Assembly (NCBI GenBank): GCA_003141555.1
Contig: PLMN01000012.1
Coordinates: 139,487 to 203,486 of the forward strand
Length of the DNA stretch: 64,000 nucleotides
Origin: Candidatus Aminicenantes bacterium
Lineage (GTDB): Bacteria; Acidobacteriota; Aminicenantia; Aminicenantales; UBA4085
Reading direction: 5' to 3'
The notes beneath the pieces are model-generated. The model was not told where the DNA came from, did no database searches, and saw nothing but the letters and a program-made list of their open reading frames with translations. Position numbers and translations under genes: made by a program. This document shows positions 1 through 7,414 of this stretch, piece after piece (position 1 is the stretch's first letter; every line of letters begins with the position of its first letter).

Positions 1-331
1 CGAGGGGACCGAAGCGGGCCTCGCCCATGGGGACCTTGTATTCCTTGGTCCCCTTGGTCTGGCGGATGATAACTTCGCTGTCGCCCTCTTGGGGCGAGAC
101 CATATAGGCGAACCACTGCCCGTCGGACGAGAGCGCGGTGCCGCGGATCGCCTTCCAAGCGAGGATGTCGTTGAGCTCGATCTGCCGCGGCACTTTGGGC
201 GCGGCCGGTTCGGCTTTGGCTTGGGCCGGAAGCTGGGGCTTTGCCGGCGCTGGGGGCGTTGTTTGCGCGCCGGCGAACAAGCCTAGGATCATGAGTACGA
301 TTAAAAAGGCGGGGATGGACATTTTCTTCAT
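1..331 (-). CDS. S9 family serine peptidase, N-terminal part only. The gene continues past the window start.
   Basis: Reverse-strand ATG at 329-331 with GGAGG 5-11 nt upstream. The translation MKKMSIPAFLIVLMILGLFAGAQ...WKAIRGTALSSDGQWFAYMVSPQEGDSEVIIRQ resembles the N-termini of the S9 peptidases at 13530 and 60243 (signal peptide plus beta-propeller start). Confidence 0.55.
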   Translation of the reverse strand, partial: MKKMSIPAFLIVLMILGLFAGAQTTPPAPAKPQLPAQAKAEPAAPKVPRQIELNDILAWKAIRGTALSSDGQWFAYMVSPQEGDSEVIIRQTKGTKEYKVPMGEARFGPL

Positions 332-400
332 GCGGGGCCTCCTTGAAAAACCTATTATGAATTATGGTGACAGGTATGGCAATACCAAAATAGGAATCAG

Positions 401-632
401 TGACAGTAACCTGATTTCCGAATTCATTTTGAAATTAAACGGTGACAGTTACTCCATTTCCGAATTTATCTCCTTTATTATCAACGTGAATTCATTCTAA
501 GAATTATTCAAGATCGTCTAGGCATACTTCGATTTGATGAAATCAGATGGACTCATTAGCTGCAATAAGGAAATCAGGTTGCTGGCTCGAATTCAAAGTC
601 GGGGAAATGCGGAAATCAGGTTACTGTCACCG
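401..632. repeat. AT-rich MITE-like element or operator array bounded by 21-bp perfect inverted repeats (GTGACAGTAACCTGATTTCCG)
   Basis: 401-421 is the exact reverse complement of 612-632. Degenerate internal copies lie at 441-467 and 569-594. GC content is far below the flanks. Confidence 0.4.
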
Positions 633-661
633 ATTTTAAGTAGTAGAATAGAGATCCGGAT

Positions 662-2212
662 ATGCGAACGATAATCCTATCGGTGATCTTTATCGTTGCC
701 CTATCGTGGGCGTGCGCGCCGGCGCCGCCCGTTGCCACCGGCTCCGCGCCCGAAATCTCGCTCAAGCTCGACGCGGCGCAGGCTCAAGTCGCCCGTGGCT
801 GCTATGTCGGCTTCAAGAACGCGCTCCGCCTGTACCAGGAGCTCTACGCCCAGCCCGCCCTGCGATCGCGCGTCGCCTCGCCTTACCTCAGCGCGGTCCT
901 GCTGATGATGATTCGCGAGCGCGAGGTCGGGATCCTCGACTTGGCGCAATACCCCAAGGCCGCGGCCATCGTCCGCGAGAACCCGTCGCTCGGCTCTCTC
1001 CTGCCGCTTTTCGACGTCGCCGACGCGCTTCCCATGCGCACGCGCGGAATCATGCAGGACATCAATCCGATCGCCGCAAAACGGCTGACCGACGACATCC
1101 TCGCCCCGGCCCGGGCCGATCTTCGGACCAAAGCCCCCCTGAACGACTACTACGCCTACCTTTATGTGGCGCTCTTCACGGGGTATGGATACTATCCCAC
1201 GCCCGAGGACGATTTCATCAAGGACCTCCTGAGGCGCTTCCCGCAGTCGATCCTTATGAAATACAAGAGCGCGATTCAACCGCGCCTGAACGGCGACGCC
1301 CTCCAGGCGCTCCTCGCGGCCGAGCCGGAATTCTATGAAGCCGACTACAACCTGGGCGAGCTCGCGCTCCGCGGCCAAGATCTCCTCGAGGCCGAGCAAT
1401 GCTTTCTAAAGGCCTACGATGGCTTTCGGGAATCCCCCCAGGTGACGGTCAACCTCGGCAGCATTTATCTCGCTACCGAGGAATACGACAAGAGCCTGGA
1501 CTTCTTCGATAAAACGATTTTCCTTTCGCCCGAGTACCGCGACGCCCTGCTCGGCAAAGGCATCTGCCTCAGCTCCTTGGGCCGCTACGGCGACGCCCTG
1601 CAGCCCCTCAACCGGATCGTGGAGCTCGGATTTTACATGCTTGGAGAGAGCCATTACTGGCTGGCCTGGAACTACCACGCCCTCAAGAACGACGCCAAGG
1701 CGGAGGCCGAGATCGAGGAATCGAAGCCGCGCCTCCCCACGAACAGCGAGGTCTACGGCCTCTCCGGCACGATCGCCCTGGATCTGGGAAAGCTCGACAA
1801 GGCCGAGAACGAATTCACCGAGGCCCTGAAATACAACGGGGCGAACACCGAGGCCCTCTTCGGCCTGGGCAATCTCAACGCCCTCAAGGAAAGATGGAAG
1901 GAATCCGGCGGCTTCTATGAAAAGGCCGCTTCGGTCTTCGAGCGCAACGAGGCCGCCCTCGCCGAAAAAATCGACCAGATCCGGAAATCCGCGTTGTCGG
2001 ACGAGCGGAAGGCCAAGCTCATAGCCAAGAAAGAGCAGCAGCTGAAAATCAACCAGGCCACCAAGGCCACGGCGCTCTATAATGCCGCGGCGAGCTATTT
2101 CAATGTCGGGTCACCCGACCTCAAGGCCAAGGCCGCGGAGATGGCGACGCGTGCCGCCGCCCACCCCCAGGTCAAGGAGAAAGCCGAGGCGCTCCTGAAG
2201 AAGATCAAGTAA
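662..2212 (+). CDS. Tetratricopeptide-repeat protein with N-terminal signal peptide (possible lipoprotein)
   Basis: The N-terminus is hydrophobic and contains ...ALSWAC. TPR-like repeats are present (YNLGELALRGQDLLEAEQCFLKAY, EALFGLGNLNA). Confidence 0.6.
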   Translation: MRTIILSVIFIVALSWACAPAPPVATGSAPEISLKLDAAQAQVARGCYVGFKNALRLYQELYAQPALRSRVASPYLSAVLLMMIREREVGILDLAQYPKAAAIVRENPSLGSLLPLFDVADALPMRTRGIMQDINPIAAKRLTDDILAPARADLRTKAPLNDYYAYLYVALFTGYGYYPTPEDDFIKDLLRRFPQSILMKYKSAIQPRLNGDALQALLAAEPEFYEADYNLGELALRGQDLLEAEQCFLKAYDGFRESPQVTVNLGSIYLATEEYDKSLDFFDKTIFLSPEYRDALLGKGICLSSLGRYGDALQPLNRIVELGFYMLGESHYWLAWNYHALKNDAKAEAEIEESKPRLPTNSEVYGLSGTIALDLGKLDKAENEFTEALKYNGANTEALFGLGNLNALKERWKESGGFYEKAASVFERNEAALAEKIDQIRKSALSDERKAKLIAKKEQQLKINQATKATALYNAAASYFNVGSPDLKAKAAEMATRAAAHPQVKEKAEALLKKIK

Positions 2213-2292
2213 AAAGCCCCCATTTTTTTCTTTCCTAAACACCCGTCCCCGTTCCGGCGTATCATTAGACGAGAACGGAATCCGCGGATCCG

Positions 2293-2838
2293 ATGGACGA
2301 CAACGAAATCGTAGCGGCCTGCCTGCGGGGCGAGAAGGAGGCTTTCCGTCGGATCATGGAAACGCACAGCGGACCGGCTCTGGCCCTGGCACTCAACATT
2401 CTGGGAAACCGCCAGGACGCCGAGGACGTTTGCCAGGAGGCGTTCGTCCAAGCGTACAAGAACCTGGCCCGCTTCGATGGACGAGCGCATTTCCGAACCT
2501 GGCTTCTAACCATCGTCTATCGGCGCTCCCTCGATCAATTGAAGCGGAAGAAGCGTTTCCGGATCGCCGCCGAAAGAGCCGGGCGCGAAATTTCCCCGGC
2601 TTCACGGGCCGGCGGCGATCCGCCAGCCGGCGTTGGTGGATTTTTGCTGCCGGATGAATGCCTCAGGCGCCTGAGCCCGAAGGAGCGGACAGTCCTTTGT
2701 TTATGGACGGATGAAGATCTCTCCGCGGTCGAAATCGCCGCTGTGCTCGGATGCGCCGCCTCGACCGCCCGGGTCACGCTCTTCAACGCGCGGCGGAAGC
2801 TCAAATCTTCCTTGGAGAAAGCCCATGCGGCATCATAG
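2293..2838 (+). CDS. ECF (RpoE-like) sigma-70 family sigma factor
   Basis: Region 2 reads ...DAEDVCQEAFVQAYKNLARFDGRAHFRTWLLTIVYRRSLD. Region 4 has the HTH ...LSAVEIAAVLGCAASTARVTLFNARRKL. Confidence 0.85.
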   Translation: MDDNEIVAACLRGEKEAFRRIMETHSGPALALALNILGNRQDAEDVCQEAFVQAYKNLARFDGRAHFRTWLLTIVYRRSLDQLKRKKRFRIAAERAGREISPASRAGGDPPAGVGGFLLPDECLRRLSPKERTVLCLWTDEDLSAVEIAAVLGCAASTARVTLFNARRKLKSSLEKAHAAS

Positions 2839-3316
2839 CTGGATCAATTTCCTCCTTCGAATCCTGCCGTTCGCAGCCTGGAAAGATGCCCTGATCCGCG
2901 GCCACGTCGAGCGCTGCCCGGAGTGCGGCCGTCGGCTGGTCACGGCCGAGGAGGCGCGGCGGGCGATTGTCCGAACGGAGAGCGTGGGCAATACGGACCG
3001 GCTGCAGCGGGAGATCGCGCTAACAATAGCGGGAATCGCGCCCGCGCCGGCCCCGACACAAGAGAGATCGACCTCCGCCCTCGCGCGTCCCTTGCGCTGG
3101 GCCGCGGCGGGCGCCGGGCTGATCACGGCCGCTTTCGCGACCGCCGCACTCGTATTCTTTTTCCGGCCGGCGCCGCCTTCGGGGGCCGCCGAGGCGAACG
3201 AGGCCGATCAGTTTCAGATCAATTATGCGATGATCGCGGACGAGCCCGCTCAAACATACATTTTCAAGCCCCATGACTCGGATGTCGTCATCATCTGGGC
3301 GGGGAAAACACATTGA
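2825..3316 (+). CDS. Zinc-finger anti-sigma factor (single transmembrane helix)
   Basis: The ATG at 2825 overlaps the end of the sigma gene. An HVERCPECGRRL (HxxxCxxC) motif is present. A TM segment (AAAGAGLITAAFATAALVFFF) follows. Confidence 0.55.
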   Translation: MRHHSWINFLLRILPFAAWKDALIRGHVERCPECGRRLVTAEEARRAIVRTESVGNTDRLQREIALTIAGIAPAPAPTQERSTSALARPLRWAAAGAGLITAAFATAALVFFFRPAPPSGAAEANEADQFQINYAMIADEPAQTYIFKPHDSDVVIIWAGKTH

Positions 3317-3336
3317 GTGGTCATAGGAGGGAAATC

Positions 3337-4584
3337 ATGACTAAGAGAGGGATCCTTTTATTGGTATCCTTGCTTCTCGTTCTAGGGACGGCGGTTCTCG
3401 CCTCGGCTCAAGCCAAGCCGCCGGCTGACGATTCTTGGACGATGAAAATGCGTGTCTACGAAGTCCCCGGTAAGGGAAGCGGGACACCTGTTAAATCCGT
3501 CACGTCGTCCTATTTAAATTACAAGCTGACAGCCACCATCAAGACCGAGTACGACCTGGCCGAGGAGATGAAGCAGATCCAGAAGACGTTCAACTACGCC
3601 GATGTCAAGCTTCTGACCGAGGCGGACTTCGCCTGGAAGCGGAACGATCGCGAGCGGGCTTTCCACATCTTCCGGCTGGACGGGCACGAATATGTCGTCC
3701 TGATCACCCCCATCGACGTCGTCCGCCGGCTGACTTTCCGGCTCGAAGTCCTCGAGCAGGGCGAAAAATCAAAGGTCAACCTATTTGATACGGAATTCAC
3801 CATCCCCGAGAAGAATATCGCTGTCTTCGGCTTCGAAGATTCGAAGGGCGGCGTTTATTTTCTGTCCTTCCGCGTTACGGGCTGGGCCCCGACACTCCCG
3901 GGTGTGATCGTCGAGAGCCGGCCGTTTCCTGAAGGCGTCGTCGCCGGCGGGACTGTGGGCGGCGTCCTGGGCGAAGGCCCCGTCCGCGCCGTAGGCGAGA
4001 TCAAGCCGCCGCGGCTTCTCAAGCAGGTCGATCCGGTTTATCCAGAGATTGCCCGCGTGGCTCAAGTCGAAGGTGTCGTCATCCTCGAGGCTATGACCGA
4101 TATCTATGGCCGTGTTTCGAACGTGAGGATCCTGCGCTCGATCCCGCTCCTCGACCAGGCGGCGATCGATTCTGTCCGGCAGTGGGTGTATGAGCCGTTC
4201 ATGCTCGAAGGCAAGCCGCACGGCGTCATCTTCACCGTCACGGTCAGGTTCGCGCTGGACGGCGGCCAGGGCAAGCCTGCGCCGCGGAAGGACGGCGAGC
4301 CGCTTAAGATCACGGGCGATGTCAAAGGCCCGAAGCTGATCAAGCAGGTCGACCCGATCTATCCCGAGATCGCGCGGCAATCGCAGGTCGAAGGCGTGGT
4401 CATACTCGAGACTACGACCGATATTTACGGCCGCGTCCAGAGCGTGAAGGTCCTGCGCTCGATCCCCCTCCTCGACCAGGCGGCGATCGACGCCGTCCGG
4501 CAATGGGTCTATGAGCCTCCGCTTATCGACGGCAAGCCTATCTCGGTGACGTTCACCGTGATGGTGAGCTTTAAATTGAAATAG
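3337..4584 (+). CDS. Secreted protein with two tandem TonB C-terminal domains
   Basis: The start MTKRGILLL is preceded by AGGAGGG, and a signal peptide is present. Two ~100-aa repeats (KPPRLLKQVDPVYPEIA...WVYEP and KGPKLIKQVDPIYPEIA...WVYEP) match the TonB_C fold signature. Confidence 0.65.
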   Translation: MTKRGILLLVSLLLVLGTAVLASAQAKPPADDSWTMKMRVYEVPGKGSGTPVKSVTSSYLNYKLTATIKTEYDLAEEMKQIQKTFNYADVKLLTEADFAWKRNDRERAFHIFRLDGHEYVVLITPIDVVRRLTFRLEVLEQGEKSKVNLFDTEFTIPEKNIAVFGFEDSKGGVYFLSFRVTGWAPTLPGVIVESRPFPEGVVAGGTVGGVLGEGPVRAVGEIKPPRLLKQVDPVYPEIARVAQVEGVVILEAMTDIYGRVSNVRILRSIPLLDQAAIDSVRQWVYEPFMLEGKPHGVIFTVTVRFALDGGQGKPAPRKDGEPLKITGDVKGPKLIKQVDPIYPEIARQSQVEGVVILETTTDIYGRVQSVKVLRSIPLLDQAAIDAVRQWVYEPPLIDGKPISVTFTVMVSFKLK

Positions 4585-4593
4585 GGGAAAAAC

Positions 4594-4632
4594 GGGACGG
4601 TTCTATTTTCTTCGGATAACGGAACCGTCCCC
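4594..4632. terminator. Bidirectional intrinsic terminator hairpin between convergent genes
   Basis: GGGACGGTTC...GAACCGTCCC forms a perfect 10-bp stem with a T-rich flank. It lies between the stop at 4584 (+) and the stop at 4649 (-). Confidence 0.5.
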
Positions 4633-4648
4633 TTTCTTATCTTTTGCC

Positions 4649-5650
4649 TTACTTCTGTACTTCGGCCTTCGCTGGCGGCGTCGTCTTCGAGTAATCGTAC
4701 TCCGATCCCAATACGCTGTGGGGGATGGAGTAGATGACCATGAGCAATACGGCCGCGGCGACCGTCCAGGTGCGAGCCTGCCGTCCCTTGCGCATCAGGT
4801 AGAGGACCCCGATCCAGAGGACGAGGGCGATGAGCGTCTTGTTGTCCGTCAGGTCGAATCCGATCGGAATGCCCGACCAGAAAACGCCGAAGCTGTACTT
4901 CTGAACGATCGGCCCGAGGACGAACCCGCCCAGGAAGAGCATGACCGCCGCCCCCTTGGCCCAGGAACGATGGTCGAAATCGAGCGGGAGAGCGGCCAGC
5001 AGGCTTCCGAGGCCGATGGCGACGGGGATGCAAAGCCAGAGCAGGTTCGTGCCCATAATCTTTGGGATTCCCACGATCTTGAGGATCGCATAGGCGGCCC
5101 CGATCCCGATCACGAACAGGAGGACACCCGGCAGGAGCCTGAATTTCGGCCATTCCTTGGCCTTGCCAAAGGCGGCCAGGCCGGCCAGCGTCGAGAAGAG
5201 CATGGCCAGGAACATGACGATCACGTGGGGGATGAGGATCCAGGATGGGACCACGCCCTTGAACCGGATGACGACGGGCGTGTCGCCGTTGAGAGCCGCC
5301 TCCTCGCCGTCCTGGACGAGAACCACCCGGTAGGCGAGCTTTCCGGCCGCGGGCTGTTTGGGAAGGCTGCCCGCCAGGCCGCCCTGCTTGTGCTCCATCG
5401 GGACCTTCGTCCAGGGGGCCTGGGTCTTATAGCGCATGTATTCGATATAGCCCTCGAGCCCGCCCGTCCCTCGAACCATGATTTCGCAGTCCGCGGCGTT
5501 CTCCGCGCTGCGGGGCAGGCGCGCTTTGACCACCTTGCCGCCGATCGTCGCCTGGCCGCCGGCGGGATACGTCGGTCCCGTCAGGCGCTGGTAGACGGCC
5601 GCGCCGAGGGTGATGAGGACGGCCAGGATCCAAAGCACGAGTCTCTTCAT
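4649..5650 (-). CDS. Hypothetical polytopic membrane protein with a periplasmic N-terminal domain
   Basis: A signal or TM segment is followed by a ~130-aa soluble region and about 6 hydrophobic helices. No family was recognised. Confidence 0.5.
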   Translation of the reverse strand: MKRLVLWILAVLITLGAAVYQRLTGPTYPAGGQATIGGKVVKARLPRSAENAADCEIMVRGTGGLEGYIEYMRYKTQAPWTKVPMEHKQGGLAGSLPKQPAAGKLAYRVVLVQDGEEAALNGDTPVVIRFKGVVPSWILIPHVIVMFLAMLFSTLAGLAAFGKAKEWPKFRLLPGVLLFVIGIGAAYAILKIVGIPKIMGTNLLWLCIPVAIGLGSLLAALPLDFDHRSWAKGAAVMLFLGGFVLGPIVQKYSFGVFWSGIPIGFDLTDNKTLIALVLWIGVLYLMRKGRQARTWTVAAAVLLMVIYSIPHSVLGSEYDYSKTTPPAKAEVQK

Positions 5651-5714
5651 CTCGATGTTTCCCTCTTCCCCTCGTCCGGGAGAAATATCGCCCGACTGCC
5701 GGCGGCCGGCGGGC

Positions 5715-6440
5715 TCAGTCCTTGATCGTGACCGCTCCCATGATCGCCGCGCCCTTGACGTAGAACGTGGCCTTGACTTCGGCGTCGGGCACGGCGGGAT
5801 GCTTATCGTCGAATCCGCCCAGGATCGGCGTGCCGTGCATCACCACGCGCCAATCGCGCGGGACGAAGATATCCACGGCGCCCATGATGGCCGTGGCGTC
5901 GAGCGTCGCCTTCCCCCCGTCGAGGCCCGCGCCCCGGAAATCGAGCTCGAGGCCGCCCATGATCGCCGTCACCCGCCCGCCGCGGAAATTCTGGGATTCG
6001 ATCCGGCGCTTCATCCCGCCGAGAAGGCAGGAGACGTCGATATCGGAATCGTGGATCTCCGGAAATTTGCCCGCATCCCCGCCGCCGCCCCCGGCCCGCC
6101 GGAATACGCCGCGGAACAGGATCCACAGGCCGACCAGGATGATCAGGACCGGCCACATGTATTCCCAGACGTCGTAGGCGAGAAGGTCGAGCGAATTCAG
6201 GAGGAAGAGGCCGCCGAGGACGATGAAGAACAGGCCCGCCCCCGGCCTCCGGAAGCCGTTCCCGATCAGGATGGAGACGCCCAGGATGATGATGATCACG
6301 GGCCAGTACGTCCCGATCAGGGTCCCGAAATCCAGCCCGCCGATCCGGTCGAGCAGGAAAAGGACGCCGAAGACGACCAGAATAAGCCCCCAGAAAATGC
6401 CGCCCTGGTGGTGGTGGTGATAATGTCTTTCTTCGGACAT
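5715..6440 (-). CDS. LiaF-like / DUF2154 (toastrack) membrane protein with a His-rich N-terminus
   Basis: The start MSEERHYHHHHQGG at 6440 is preceded by AAGGAGG. TM helices are followed by a C-terminal Gly-rich repeat domain (GGMKRRIESQNFRGGRVTAIMGGLELDFRGAGLDGGKATLDATAIMGAVDIFV). Confidence 0.5.
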   Translation of the reverse strand: MSEERHYHHHHQGGIFWGLILVVFGVLFLLDRIGGLDFGTLIGTYWPVIIIILGVSILIGNGFRRPGAGLFFIVLGGLFLLNSLDLLAYDVWEYMWPVLIILVGLWILFRGVFRRAGGGGGDAGKFPEIHDSDIDVSCLLGGMKRRIESQNFRGGRVTAIMGGLELDFRGAGLDGGKATLDATAIMGAVDIFVPRDWRVVMHGTPILGGFDDKHPAVPDAEVKATFYVKGAAIMGAVTIKD

Positions 6441-6516
6441 GCGATCCTCCTTCATGACGCGGACGCGCGTCCTATATACCATATATACGGGGCCGAGGCG
6501 AATAGGTTGCGGCCCC

Positions 6517-6602
6517 GAAATCGGTGACACGAAATCGGTGACATGACCCAATTCTCTTAATTTGGGATCGTGTCACCGATTTCCTGCCGCGTCACCGATT
6601 TC
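6517..6602. repeat. Palindromic array of four copies of GAAATCGGTGACA (two direct, then two inverted)
   Basis: Copies lie at 6517-6529, 6531-6543, 6571-6583 (rc) and 6590-6602 (rc). A related copy is at 625-637. Confidence 0.45.
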
Positions 6603-6608
6603 CGCGCG

Positions 6609-7397
6609 CTACAAGCGGGCGATGTCCATCCCCCCGCTGACCTCGAGGATGAGCCCCGTCGAATAGGGAAACGCGCCCCGGGCCAGGGCCGCGACGGCCT
6701 TGCCGACGTCCTCCGGGAAGCCCCATCGTTTCTGTGGAAGGAATCCCGCGGCGATCAAGGCGTCGTACTTTTCGCGCACGGCGGTCGTCATATCCGTCCG
6801 GATAATGCCCGGCCTGATCTCGTAGACGTTGATTCCGTACTCGGCCAGCCGATCGGCGTAGAGCCGGGCGGCCATGCTCAGGCCGGCCTTGGAAATGCAG
6901 TACTCGGCCCGCGACGTCGAGGAGACGCGGGCCGACGTCGAGGTGATAAAGACGATGGCCGGCTTCAGGTCCGGGGCCGGCGCCTGCTCGATCATGACCC
7001 GGGCTGCCTTCTGGGTGAGGAAAAATGCGCCCCGCAGGTTGATCCTCATGAGGCGGTCGAAGCTTTCGGGCGTCGTCTCCAGGACGTCCCGGCGCTCCGC
7101 CGGCGCGACGCCCGCGTTATTCACCAGGAGGTCGAGCCGGCCGTATCTCTCCCGGACGGCGGCGAGCAGCCCGGCGTGGGCTTCGAGCGCGGCGATATCG
7201 GCCGCGAGGGGCAGGAATTCCCCGCCGCGCTTTTCCACGGCCGCCTTCACCTCGAACAGGCCGTCCCCCGCGTTCGCGGGATCGAAGACGATGTCGCAGC
7301 CGGCCAGGTCGAAGCCTGCTCCGGCCAGCTCCAGGGCGATGCCGCGGCCGATGCCGCGCCCCGCCCCCGTGACGAGCGCTGCCGGTTTGTGGTGCAT
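6609..7397 (-). CDS. Short-chain dehydrogenase/reductase (SDR) family oxidoreductase
   Basis: TGAGRGIGRGIA Rossmann motif. NNAG motif. The catalytic S...YxxxK region reads YCISKAGL. The start MHHKPAAL has a GAGGAGG RBS. Confidence 0.8.
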   Translation of the reverse strand: MHHKPAALVTGAGRGIGRGIALELAGAGFDLAGCDIVFDPANAGDGLFEVKAAVEKRGGEFLPLAADIAALEAHAGLLAAVRERYGRLDLLVNNAGVAPAERRDVLETTPESFDRLMRINLRGAFFLTQKAARVMIEQAPAPDLKPAIVFITSTSARVSSTSRAEYCISKAGLSMAARLYADRLAEYGINVYEIRPGIIRTDMTTAVREKYDALIAAGFLPQKRWGFPEDVGKAVAALARGAFPYSTGLILEVSGGMDIARL

Positions 7398-7414
7398 GAG
7401 GCCTCCTCGCCGCT

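Noticed and set aside
138-500. ORF 138-500 (+) spanning the S9 gene start and the AT-rich element
   Set aside because: It overlaps the better-supported minus-strand S9 N-terminus and runs through the repeat element. It has no RBS and low-complexity translation.
701-1399. Long antisense ORFs overlapping real genes (e.g. 701-1399 -, 3781-4503 -, 13407-16511 -, 16560-17795 -, 19231-20361 -, 26207-27409 -, 34099-35658 -, 39177-40715 -, 57403-59625 +)
   Set aside because: These are typical high-GC shadow ORFs. Their translations are Arg/Pro/Gly-rich with no recognisable domains. The opposite-strand frames carry clear family signatures and RBSs.
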